A stretch of DNA of 64,000 bases from assembly GCA_963796105.1 (NCBI GenBank), contig CAWCKJ010000004.1, positions 32,001 to 96,000 of the forward strand, given 5' to 3'. The stretch comes from a candidate division FCPU426 bacterium. GTDB lineage: Bacteria; Oederibacteriota; Muellerivitia; Muellerivitales; Muellerivitaceae. Shown piece after piece: positions 27,000 through 36,385 of the stretch (positions are counted from its first letter, which is position 1; each line of letters begins with the position of its first letter). Made by a program: the position numbers and the translations under genes. The notes below the pieces were generated by a model. The model worked only from the letters and a program-made list of their open reading frames with translations. It was not told where the DNA came from and ran no database searches.

Positions 27000-29246
27000 A
27001 TGAATAAGAAAAACAAAGGAAATCTTTTGTCCCTCGAAAAACCGAAACCCCGCAATTCCACCGGCTTGAAGGTCCTATTCGGCATCCTTTTCGCCCTCGC
27101 GGGCATCGCATTGGGAGCCCTTTACGCCCAGCTCCAGGAACTTCCCGACATCAGCAACCTAAACGACTTCAAGCCGTCCGAGGCCACCCGCATCTACGAC
27201 ATTAACGGAACCCTGGCCAGCCAGCTGGCATTCGAACAGCGCACGGTTGTGCCCCTTGAAAAGATTCCCATGAATCTTCAGAACGCCGTCATTTCCATCG
27301 AGGATGAAAGATTCTACCAGCATTGGGGCATCGACCTGATCGGCGTTATGCGGGCCTTCATTATCAACGTGACCCACGGCGGTGTCCGGGAAGGCGGAAG
27401 CACCATCACCCAGCAGTTGGCCCGCAATCTTTTCCTGACCCGCGAGCGCACCCTCACCCGGAAAATTCGGGAGGCCCTTCTCTCCGTCCAGATCGAGAAG
27501 AACTACACCAAAAAGCAGATCCTGGAAATGTACCTAAACCAAATCTTCTTCGGCGAGGGTTCCTACGGCGCTGAGACAGCATCCCGGACATACTTCGGGA
27601 AACACGTTGAGGACCTTAACCTGCCGGAGTGCGCGCTCTTGGCAGGCCTTCCCCGCGCCCCGAATACCTATGACCCCTACAAATCCCCCATCGACGCCTT
27701 GACCCGGCGAAACACCGTGCTTGGCGCCATGGCCGGCCACGGCTGTATCACTTTGCAGGAAGCCACCGAGGCCAGGAACACCCCCATCGAGCTTAAGAAA
27801 ATCGAGGCCCAAAACGCCCCCTACTTCGTTGAATATGTCCGCCAGGAGCTGGAGGCCCGCTACGGCACCAACGCCGTATATAAAGGAGGCCTCTCGGTTT
27901 ACACGACCCTTGACCTGAATATGCAGGAAGCCGCCCAAAAGGCCCTCGCTTGGGGCGTGGAGACCGCCGAGATCGTCGCGAGGAAAACAAGGCAGACTAA
28001 CATCCCAGTGGACCAGGCCATCCAGGGCGCGCTTTTGGCCATCGATCCCCATACCGGGGCCATCCGGGCCATGATCGGCGGGATGGACTACCGCAAGAGC
28101 GTTTTCAACCGGGCCATCCAGGCGCACCGCCAGCCAGGGTCCGCCTTCAAGCCCATCATTTACGCCGCGGCCATCGAGAACGGCTACACCATGGCGGATC
28201 TTTTCCTGGATTCCCCCGTGGTATTCCCCGACCCGGCCACGGGAAAACCCTGGAGGCCCGTGAACTTCTCGGAAAAATTCCGGGGCCCCACCACGCTCCA
28301 TACGGCCCTCATGTATTCCATCAACGTGGTCACCATCAAACTGTTGGATAAACTGGGAATCCAGCCCGTGGTCAGCATGGCCCGGCGCCTGGGGATCACC
28401 ACCCCCATCAAGCCCAACCTTTCCTTGGGGTTAGGCACCTCCGAGGTCACCTTGGATGAGATGGTTCAGGCCTTCTCGGTTTTCGCCAATCAGGGGGTCC
28501 GCATGGAGCCCTTCGCCATCCTGACCGTCAAGGACAGTTCCGGCAAGGTTTTGGAAAACAACACACCCTCCGGCCAGGAGGTTTTGGACCCCAAAACCGC
28601 CTACATCATGGCCAACACCATGAAAGACGTCATTGACCACGGCACGGGCCGCATCATCCGGCGCATGGGTTTCACCCTTCCCGCCGCCGGGAAAACCGGC
28701 ACCACCAACGACAACGTGGACGCCTGGTTCATCGGTTTCACCCCGGACTTGGCCTGCGGGGTCTGGCTGGGCTACGACGCGAGGGAGAGTTTGGGCAAGA
28801 AGCAGACCGGCGGGGAGGCCGCGGCTCCCATCTGGGCGGAGTTCATGAAGGCCGCCACCGCGGGAAAACTGGCCAAGGATTTCGAGCCGCCCAAGGGCTC
28901 AGCTTCGGATTTCGTGAAGAAAAAAATCTGCCTGGACTCGGGCCTTCTGGCTTCGCCCTATTGCCCGAGGACCATGGATGAGCTGTTCAAGAAGGAATCG
29001 GCCCCGACCAAGATTTGCAACCTGCATACGGGCGTCGGATCAGTGGGTTCCCCCGGCCTTGAGGACAACAGCGGGACCGAGGCCCCGGCCGCTGGGGACA
29101 TCCTGGAAATGGAAGCAAAACCCGTGTCCCAAACGGCCGTGACGGAAACAACGACTCCTGAGGAAAACACAGACGAGGAAACAACTGGGGCGGAACAAAA
29201 GAAACCGGCCAGCGATAAGGAACAATATCCCGACGAGGGGTTCTGA
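27000..29246 (+). CDS. Class A penicillin-binding protein (PBP1A family)
   Basis: EDERFYQH, GGSTITQQL, SAFK, SIN, KTGT motifs; likely start ATG 27000. Confidence 0.95.
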   Translation: MNKKNKGNLLSLEKPKPRNSTGLKVLFGILFALAGIALGALYAQLQELPDISNLNDFKPSEATRIYDINGTLASQLAFEQRTVVPLEKIPMNLQNAVISIEDERFYQHWGIDLIGVMRAFIINVTHGGVREGGSTITQQLARNLFLTRERTLTRKIREALLSVQIEKNYTKKQILEMYLNQIFFGEGSYGAETASRTYFGKHVEDLNLPECALLAGLPRAPNTYDPYKSPIDALTRRNTVLGAMAGHGCITLQEATEARNTPIELKKIEAQNAPYFVEYVRQELEARYGTNAVYKGGLSVYTTLDLNMQEAAQKALAWGVETAEIVARKTRQTNIPVDQAIQGALLAIDPHTGAIRAMIGGMDYRKSVFNRAIQAHRQPGSAFKPIIYAAAIENGYTMADLFLDSPVVFPDPATGKPWRPVNFSEKFRGPTTLHTALMYSINVVTIKLLDKLGIQPVVSMARRLGITTPIKPNLSLGLGTSEVTLDEMVQAFSVFANQGVRMEPFAILTVKDSSGKVLENNTPSGQEVLDPKTAYIMANTMKDVIDHGTGRIIRRMGFTLPAAGKTGTTNDNVDAWFIGFTPDLACGVWLGYDARESLGKKQTGGEAAAPIWAEFMKAATAGKLAKDFEPPKGSASDFVKKKICLDSGLLASPYCPRTMDELFKKESAPTKICNLHTGVGSVGSPGLEDNSGTEAPAAGDILEMEAKPVSQTAVTETTTPEENTDEETTGAEQKKPASDKEQYPDEGF

Positions 29247-29269
29247 CCCTTCTTTTATCTCAATAAAAA

Positions 29270-31057
29270 CTATTTTCCAACTGAAACATCGGCTAAACCG
29301 GCCTTGATTTCCGAATTATCCGGGTCCAGAGCGAGAGCTTTCTTGTAGGCTTCCACGGATTTTCCCTGATCCCCCATCTTCATATAGAGAACTCCCAGAT
29401 CAAAATAACCATCAGAGTAATCGGGATCACGCCGGATCCCCTCCAGAATTTCACCGAGAGCTTCCTGATACTTCCCCATCTTTTCGTAAGCCGTTCCCAA
29501 GTGGCAGTGGAACTTGGCATTTTCCGGCTCCAAAGAAACGCCTTCCTTTAGGTTTTGGAGGGCTTCCTCCAAGCGACCCATTTCCAAAAGGGTCATTCCC
29601 TTACCATCGAAAGAAAAGGCCGATAACGGCCCGATCGCGATACCCTTGTCAAATTCCCGGAGGGCTTCATCCAACCGTCCCATCTTCAGGAAACCGTCAG
29701 CCAGGTTTGCGTGGGCGATCTGGGAATTCCTGGGATTCACCCTTAGCACATTCTCCCAAAGTGTGACTGTATCCTTCCAAGTTTCAGTTTGCCGGTAGGT
29801 CCCGTACCCGAGCCAGGCCGCCAACCCGACTGTCAGGGCCAGAAACACTGCCCGCCTTTGGTTGAAAAAAGCGGCTACGGCCGCCCCGAAAAGCAGGGTA
29901 GGTCCCAGGGAAGGAAGGTAGGTAAACCGGTCCGCCGCGGATTGGCTCCCGACTTGCAGAATCCCCAATACCGGAGCCAAGGTCACCAAATAATAAACCC
30001 AGGCCGCCAACCAATAGGGCCGTTTTTTCCTGTAAATGAAACATATGGAAGTAATCAGGATGGCCGCCATGGCTGAATAAACATAAGGGGGAGAAAAAGT
30101 TTTCTTCAAGTCAATAGGGTATAAAGCCGCCAAGCCCGTGGGGCAAACCATCTTCTGAAGGTAAAAAACCAGGGAGTGCGTGGAATTCATGAAGCGGTAT
30201 GACAGGGGTATCAAATTCAGGCCTGAGAAGCTTCCGGTGGAGGATTGTGAGAATATCGCCACCACTCCCGATGCTAAAGCCCCGATGAAAAACGGGATTT
30301 TTTCCAAGAAAACCTTGGAGCCTTGGGCGCACATTCTTCCCAGCGGCCAGATATCCAGGAGGATGAGAACCAAGGGCAGGGTAACTGCCATGGGTTTTGA
30401 GAAGATCGATATGATGAAAAGCCCTAAGCAAGCGTATAGCTTTCGGGTATTTAAAACGGGAGCGGAAGCGTAATCCAGATAGACGATCAGGCTTGCCAGG
30501 AAGAAAAACCCATACAGAAGATCCTTGCGTTCCGTGGCCCAGGCCACCGATTCCACATGAATAGGATGCATACCGAATAAAAGGGCCGTCAGGAATGCCG
30601 ACATCCCCAGCCATGTTTTCTTTCGCCCCTCCTCCATGCCGCTGTCTTTAACAGCCAGTTTTAAAATCCTGATGCTCAAAAAGAAAACCATTATCGTATT
30701 CAAGCAATGCAGGCATAGGTTGTCCAAGTGGTAGATCCGTGGATCCATCTTCCCAATGAGGTAATCCAAAGCCAGGGAAATCCAGGTTAAGGGAATCCAA
30801 AGCCCCGCCGAATAGAAATGGGTAAACATCCATTTGATGGAGGAGACATCGAAATGACGGATATGGGAATTTTCCTGGATGTACATGATGTCGTCCCAAT
30901 TGGTGAACTGGTTGGGCAAGGAGGGCAGGTAAACCAGGAAAGTCAGGAGTGCCGGTATTAATGCCAGAACCCAGTTCGACCAGATATAGGGCCGGACAGG
31001 ATCAATAGGAGGAGAAGGGTTTTGAGGGATTTGCTTTTTATTGTCGTTTGAAGACAT
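29270..31057 (-). CDS. TMTC-like membrane glycosyltransferase with C-terminal TPRs
   Basis: WDD..YI..N, HPIHVESVAW..ERKD, ADRFTYLP, TPR repeats. Confidence 0.85.
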   Translation of the reverse strand: MSSNDNKKQIPQNPSPPIDPVRPYIWSNWVLALIPALLTFLVYLPSLPNQFTNWDDIMYIQENSHIRHFDVSSIKWMFTHFYSAGLWIPLTWISLALDYLIGKMDPRIYHLDNLCLHCLNTIMVFFLSIRILKLAVKDSGMEEGRKKTWLGMSAFLTALLFGMHPIHVESVAWATERKDLLYGFFFLASLIVYLDYASAPVLNTRKLYACLGLFIISIFSKPMAVTLPLVLILLDIWPLGRMCAQGSKVFLEKIPFFIGALASGVVAIFSQSSTGSFSGLNLIPLSYRFMNSTHSLVFYLQKMVCPTGLAALYPIDLKKTFSPPYVYSAMAAILITSICFIYRKKRPYWLAAWVYYLVTLAPVLGILQVGSQSAADRFTYLPSLGPTLLFGAAVAAFFNQRRAVFLALTVGLAAWLGYGTYRQTETWKDTVTLWENVLRVNPRNSQIAHANLADGFLKMGRLDEALREFDKGIAIGPLSAFSFDGKGMTLLEMGRLEEALQNLKEGVSLEPENAKFHCHLGTAYEKMGKYQEALGEILEGIRRDPDYSDGYFDLGVLYMKMGDQGKSVEAYKKALALDPDNSEIKAGLADVSVGK

Positions 31058-31174
31058 TCAAGAGACCCCTTGGTTTCCGGAAGGGCTGGACGACCACCCT
31101 TTTAATCAGGAGATTTTAGCCTATAGTGCCTTTCGATAATAATTTGATTTATCCCATCAAGTTTCCTGGCTTAT

Positions 31175-31570
31175 TTGCCGTTAGGAATACTAGGAAGTAA
31201 TGGGAACCTAATGGGTTCCCGAAGGATGGGAAATATGGATTCTTTATCCGCCAATAACAGCATAGTCAATTCCTTGGAACAGGCCATCGACCAGATCGTG
31301 ACCCAGGAATTGGCAACAAATAAACCGGACCCCGCGAAAACCTTGGCCCGCCAAGAGGCACTTGATTTCAGCCTTGAGTTATCCAGGATTTCGGGAGAGG
31401 TAGAACAAGCCCAGAAAATGATGGCCGCCGCCAACGCCCAGGAATCACCCCAGGCCCAGCAGAAGTTTGTCTATTGGAGGAACCAGTTGGAATTGCTGGA
31501 AAGCCAGGCGCCCCTGCCCCCTGGGGTTTCGGTTACTTACCAGGCCCCCGGTTCCCCAAGCCAAACCTAA
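31175..31570 (+). CDS. Hypothetical helical protein
   Basis: ORF with plausible composition; true start probably around 31226. Confidence 0.55.
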   Translation: MPLGILGSNGNLMGSRRMGNMDSLSANNSIVNSLEQAIDQIVTQELATNKPDPAKTLARQEALDFSLELSRISGEVEQAQKMMAAANAQESPQAQQKFVYWRNQLELLESQAPLPPGVSVTYQAPGSPSQT

Positions 31571-31705
31571 ATCCGACAACCTACCTATGCTTGCAAAGCA
31601 ACTATCCAGTTAGTCCGGATTTCCGGCGGTCGGTACGGGTTTTCTTACCGGCATGGGGCACCCTGCACGCAGGTCCAATAAGCCCTGTCCGCAGATTTGG
31701 TTACG

Positions 31706-32115
31706 CCTTCCGTTGATCGATACCTGGATTTCCGTTGGTCGAGACCGAGATTACCGTTGGTCGGGGCTGGATTTCCGTTGGTCAAGGCCGAAATTATCGT
31801 TGGTCGAAATTGGGATTAAGCTACAACCCAGTTCCAGAAGCCCACAACCCAGTTCCAAGAGGCCACAACCCAGTTCCAGAAGCTCACAACCCAGTTCCAG
31901 GAGGCCAAAACCCAGTTCCAGAAGCTCACAACTCAGTTCCAGGAGGCCAAAACCCAGTTCCAGAAGCTCACAACCCAGTTCCAGGAGGCCAAAACCCAGT
32001 TCCAGAAGCTCACAACCCAGTTCCAGGAGGCCAAAACCCAGTTCCAGAAGCTCACAACCCAGTTCCAGGAGGCCAAAACCCAGTTCCAGAAGCTCACAAC
32101 CCAGTTCCAGGTATG
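31706..32115. repeat. Two adjacent 21-bp tandem repeat arrays
   Basis: About 5 degenerate TTCCGTTGGTCG-containing units (31706-31810), then 14 units of CA(C/A)AACCCAGTTCCA(GAAGCT/GGAGGC) (31822-32115) alternating with 42-bp periodicity. Confidence 0.92.
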
Positions 32116-32125
32116 AGTTCCCCCA

Positions 32126-34315
32126 TCAATGAACCGGCTTTATTCCTCCGGCTGGTTTGGACCTAGCCGCTAGGGCGTCCAGGTTTCGTAGGTCCCCAGG
32201 CGAGGGTTGGAAAAGAGTGTCCCATTTCCCCGCTTGTAGGTAGGCCTCTTTGGCCTCAGCGAAGCGCCCGAGGGCCCCATAGATATACCCCAACCCGTAA
32301 TACAAAAAGCCGTCCTGCCCGTCCTGGAGCGCCTTTTGATAGGCCGGAAGGGCCAGGTCATACCGCTTGTTCAGGCAATAGAGATACCCGAGTTTCCCCC
32401 AATAGCAAAACCGCAGGAATGGGCTTTCCTGGAAAAGGGGTTCCCGGTCCTTGAGGCGCTGGATGATATCGTCGAAAGACTGCTGGTAGGGGCGGTTGAA
32501 CTGAAGGTAATTAATCTCCCTTAAGACCTTATCCGCCTCCCCCCATCCGTCCAGGATCTTCCGGTTTTCTGGAGTAAGGGGAATGATGGCCAGAAGGCTG
32601 TTGTCCGATAGAGCGTGCACTTGCTGATTGGGGTTAGAGGTAAATTGGGCGTCGGGAAACCACCCGGACAAAAGGGGCCTGGCCCATTCGTCTGTCATGA
32701 TAGCGGCCCAGTTTTCCGGCCCCCGCTCCAAGGCCGGGTTCGCGAGGGTGTTGAAGGGATAGGCCCCCAGGGCCATATAGCAGGGAAACCAGTGACAAGT
32801 GAAAAGGGAATATAAAAACCGCCCGGTGTTGTCATATAGGAGGGTGGAGTGGGGCGGGTTGAAGTCCAGGCAAAATTCGGAGTAAACCCGCCCAGGGCCT
32901 TTCTCCTGGCTCATCTTCTGGAGGGTTTCGCAAGTCCAAACCGTGGGATTCATTGCCGAATTATTCCGGTCGGCGATAGCCATGCTTTTTTCCAGATTAG
33001 CCCAATCCAGAACGAGGGATAGAAGGAAAAACCCGAGTACGAATGGAACCCTCGCGGAAACTTTTGGGAATCCCTCCCAGAGAACGCCGAAACCAAAGGC
33101 AGTGACGCCGATGAAGATCGGCATCAAGCCCGCCAAGTGGTACCAGTTGGGGTTATGAGAGAGGAACAAAGAAGCCAATTGGATGACGATACCTATGCCC
33201 ACCCATTTCACCAGAGGAACGCTCCGCAACCGGACTAGCTCGACCAGGCCCATAAGAAAAAGACTCCCCAAGACCGGATTCAGGAAACCGCCCCATTGAG
33301 GGTTATAAGCGAAATCCCCGTTGGAACCCGTCCAAAGAAAACTGGTTAAAAACTGAAGTATGAGGCTGTAATTAGCATCGAATAATTTTGGAGATTCGGG
33401 GTGGAGTGTAAAAATGTGCTTAAGATAAAAACCAAAACCCTCTCTCATAGCCGCAATAAATAAAGGGAGTACAAAGAGAACCGCGACAGTCATGCATAGG
33501 ATAAAAAGAACTTTTCCCTTAGTAACAGCTTTTGTATATATCCGCAAAATCGCTGGGATGAACCATAGGACGATCAGGAGCCAGGCGAAATAGGTGTAAA
33601 ACCCAAGACCCAGGCAAAGGCCCAAGAAAGCCATGATCCAAGCGCGGTTCCAGAAAGAACCGGCTTTGTAGAGTTTGGCAAGAAGCCAGAAGGCCAATGC
33701 CTCCCAAAAAACCATAAGAATGGCGTTGGTGGAAAACCGTCCTTGGAAAACCGGCCAAAATCCCGCGCCCAACAAGAGAAGATAGACGAAGGATAGGCCT
33801 CGGGAAAAAACCCCACGGAAAGCCAGGTAATAAAAAACCACGCTGAGGAAGGACAACAGGGCCGGAACCATCCAAAGATCTAGGTTGGAGACACCCTCGA
33901 TCTTGAACACAATAGTCAACAGCCAAATATAGAAAGGGGGCATTTGGGTGTTGTAGTAAAAAAGGTTCCAAGACCATTGGTCTTTCAGGTGGATGGCGTT
34001 GTAAGCGTTGATGACTTCGTCCGGAATGGGAAAGGATAGGTAGGAAGTTAATTTAAAAAGGCGGACTGCCAGGGCCAAACAAAAGGCCAAGACCACCCAC
34101 CAGGACGCCGGTGTGAAAAGTTCCCGCGAAAAAAGGGTTGGTTCCTGGGGCGTATAAGAGGGCCGACTTTTCAGGTAAACCCAAACAAGCGGCCCGAAAC
34201 CTAGGAGCCCCAAGGACAGTTTAATGGGCCAGTCCAAGGAAGAGTAAGCCAGCAGGGCGTTGAGCGCCGTTGTGAGGATAAAGATTACGGATAGCCTGGA
34301 AAAAAGAACTGCCAA
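32126..34315 (-). CDS. ArnT/GT39-like (GT-C) membrane glycosyltransferase with TPR
   Basis: RLFKL...PDE, MPPFY, GLGFYTY, many TM segments, C-terminal TPR. Confidence 0.78.
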   Translation of the reverse strand: MAVLFSRLSVIFILTTALNALLAYSSLDWPIKLSLGLLGFGPLVWVYLKSRPSYTPQEPTLFSRELFTPASWWVVLAFCLALAVRLFKLTSYLSFPIPDEVINAYNAIHLKDQWSWNLFYYNTQMPPFYIWLLTIVFKIEGVSNLDLWMVPALLSFLSVVFYYLAFRGVFSRGLSFVYLLLLGAGFWPVFQGRFSTNAILMVFWEALAFWLLAKLYKAGSFWNRAWIMAFLGLCLGLGFYTYFAWLLIVLWFIPAILRIYTKAVTKGKVLFILCMTVAVLFVLPLFIAAMREGFGFYLKHIFTLHPESPKLFDANYSLILQFLTSFLWTGSNGDFAYNPQWGGFLNPVLGSLFLMGLVELVRLRSVPLVKWVGIGIVIQLASLFLSHNPNWYHLAGLMPIFIGVTAFGFGVLWEGFPKVSARVPFVLGFFLLSLVLDWANLEKSMAIADRNNSAMNPTVWTCETLQKMSQEKGPGRVYSEFCLDFNPPHSTLLYDNTGRFLYSLFTCHWFPCYMALGAYPFNTLANPALERGPENWAAIMTDEWARPLLSGWFPDAQFTSNPNQQVHALSDNSLLAIIPLTPENRKILDGWGEADKVLREINYLQFNRPYQQSFDDIIQRLKDREPLFQESPFLRFCYWGKLGYLYCLNKRYDLALPAYQKALQDGQDGFLYYGLGYIYGALGRFAEAKEAYLQAGKWDTLFQPSPGDLRNLDALAARSKPAGGIKPVH

Positions 34316-34411
34316 GCATGCCTCCTGGTCTAACAGATATTAAGTCGTTTCCAATCTTGTAAATATATTCTTAATACGTCTATAAAACATTTTTTAGATT
34401 ATAATTCCCAA

Positions 34412-36334
34412 ATGATTTCAAGTTATTCCCCAATTAAACCAGATATATCAAACAGTAAAAATTCACCCGATTTTCGTAATCCCTGGTTTTACACTCTTCT
34501 TTCGTGTTTTATCCTACTCTTACTTTTTGGTGCTCGGCCATTTACTAGTCCGGACCTAGGGTTTCATTTGAAAGAAGGACAGTGGATTCTGGAAAATCAT
34601 CATATTCCTTATATGGATAACCTTACATATACCGTTTCAAACCATCCATACTTGGATATCCACTGGCTTTATCAGGTGTTTACTTTTCTTCTTTTTCAAA
34701 TTGGCGGGTATTCCATCCTCTCTGTTATGAATATTTCACTAATTCTCGTCGTGTTTTTCATCACATTCAAACGTATTCAATGGACAGGTGCACCTTTATG
34801 GATGTGCGTATTATTGTTGGGTGTGGCCATCGTGGCTTCTGAAAACCGGTTCTTATTAAGGCCCGAAATTCCAAGTTGGCTTCTCATGAGTTTGATGCTT
34901 TGGGTTTTGGAAACGAGGGATAACCATAAACGGGATTATCTGTTCCTTCTTCCCTTCATCCAGGTCATTTGGGTTAATAGTGAGGGTCTCTTTGGCATTG
35001 GTTGTGTTTTGATGGCCATATTCATCTTATCCAGTTTTCTGACCGCCGGACCAATTGATAAAAGATTGGTGAAATACTCACTCCTTTCCATGGCATTATG
35101 TCTGGCAAATCCTAACTTCATCCAAGGTGCGTTATATCCTCTCTCTAACATAACCATGCTTGGCACCTCGAACCACTTCAAGCAAAGTATAAACGAACTT
35201 CAATCACCTTGGACCTTAGCAGTATTAAACTCAATAGTCCCGGAATGGACATTATGGGCCTACAAATTATTTTGCATTTCCTTGTTCTTTCTTTTATTAA
35301 TAACTTTTAAAAAAAGGAAAACCAACGAGTTTCTTATTGCAGTTTGCTTTTTCTATCTATCTGCAACTGCCGTACGGAACATTTCCATTTTTATGATTGC
35401 CTGTGTACCCATTACAGCTTCCTGTTGGAAAGAATTAAAGTGGGGGTGGCTCTTGAAATGCCAATCTATCTTTCCCAAACCTTTGACAGCCTGGGTACTC
35501 ACTTTCCTTATCTTGGGGTTATCGGCGAGGGTAGCTACCGGCGCATTTTATGTTTCTGAACGGCGGCCTTACCATTTTGGCCTTGGATTGGACGCGGCGG
35601 TTCCCACCAGAGGTGCTCAATTCCTCGTAAATAACCATTTAGATGGAAAAATCCTAAATTTTATGACAGATGGCGGCTGGCTGGATTGGTTGACCCCCCA
35701 AAAAACGTTTATTGATGGACGTTTGGAAGTGATGGGGGAGGATTTTTTCTCGGAATACACCTCGACTTTTCGGCCGGGTGGGTTAGCGCCGATATTAACC
35801 AAATATGGCATGGATATAATATTTTTCAGTCCTGACAGTTCCCCACCGTGGCTTCTCCAGCTCAAGGATATGCCGGATTGGAGGCCGGTTTATCTGGATG
35901 AGGACACAGTGATTTACCTCAGAAAAGGTTACGCGCCCCAATTGTCCAGCCTTGACGACAGTCGGATTTTGACTGATCAAGGAATATCGCTATCGATGAT
36001 TCAGCAAGGGCCAGAACTCCTGCGGATGCCTACGAGGCCTTTCTGGGATGGTTTTTTAGAAGGATTTTATAAACAAACGCGATATCCCTCGGGGCTCAAT
36101 AACATCGCCGATTATTATTCCTATACTGGACGGTTTGACCTGGCCGAAGCGCTGTATTTAGGAAACATTCAGCACACACAAGGCAAGTATTATGAGTTTT
36201 TTTTCAACCTGGGAGCTATGTATTTCCGTGCTAACCGATTTAATGAAGCAAGGATTTGCATGCAACGGGTTCTCTTGGAAGTGCCCGACTTTTACAACGC
36301 GAAAATGATAATGGAAAATCTTCCGCCGGGTTAA
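34412..36334 (+). CDS. Multi-pass membrane protein, putative GT-C, with C-terminal TPR
   Basis: DLGFHLKEGQWI, RPE, W.N..G.F, FIDGRLEV; paralogue of 45942-47870. Confidence 0.78.
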   Translation: MISSYSPIKPDISNSKNSPDFRNPWFYTLLSCFILLLLFGARPFTSPDLGFHLKEGQWILENHHIPYMDNLTYTVSNHPYLDIHWLYQVFTFLLFQIGGYSILSVMNISLILVVFFITFKRIQWTGAPLWMCVLLLGVAIVASENRFLLRPEIPSWLLMSLMLWVLETRDNHKRDYLFLLPFIQVIWVNSEGLFGIGCVLMAIFILSSFLTAGPIDKRLVKYSLLSMALCLANPNFIQGALYPLSNITMLGTSNHFKQSINELQSPWTLAVLNSIVPEWTLWAYKLFCISLFFLLLITFKKRKTNEFLIAVCFFYLSATAVRNISIFMIACVPITASCWKELKWGWLLKCQSIFPKPLTAWVLTFLILGLSARVATGAFYVSERRPYHFGLGLDAAVPTRGAQFLVNNHLDGKILNFMTDGGWLDWLTPQKTFIDGRLEVMGEDFFSEYTSTFRPGGLAPILTKYGMDIIFFSPDSSPPWLLQLKDMPDWRPVYLDEDTVIYLRKGYAPQLSSLDDSRILTDQGISLSMIQQGPELLRMPTRPFWDGFLEGFYKQTRYPSGLNNIADYYSYTGRFDLAEALYLGNIQHTQGKYYEFFFNLGAMYFRANRFNEARICMQRVLLEVPDFYNAKMIMENLPPG

Positions 36335-36385
36335 AGAGATGGGTTTATCTATTAATAAGAATTGATAGCAAGCCTTGTTAGGAAC

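Noticed and set aside
31822..32115. CRISPR interpretation of the 21-bp array
   Set aside because: Contiguous tandem units without unique spacers.
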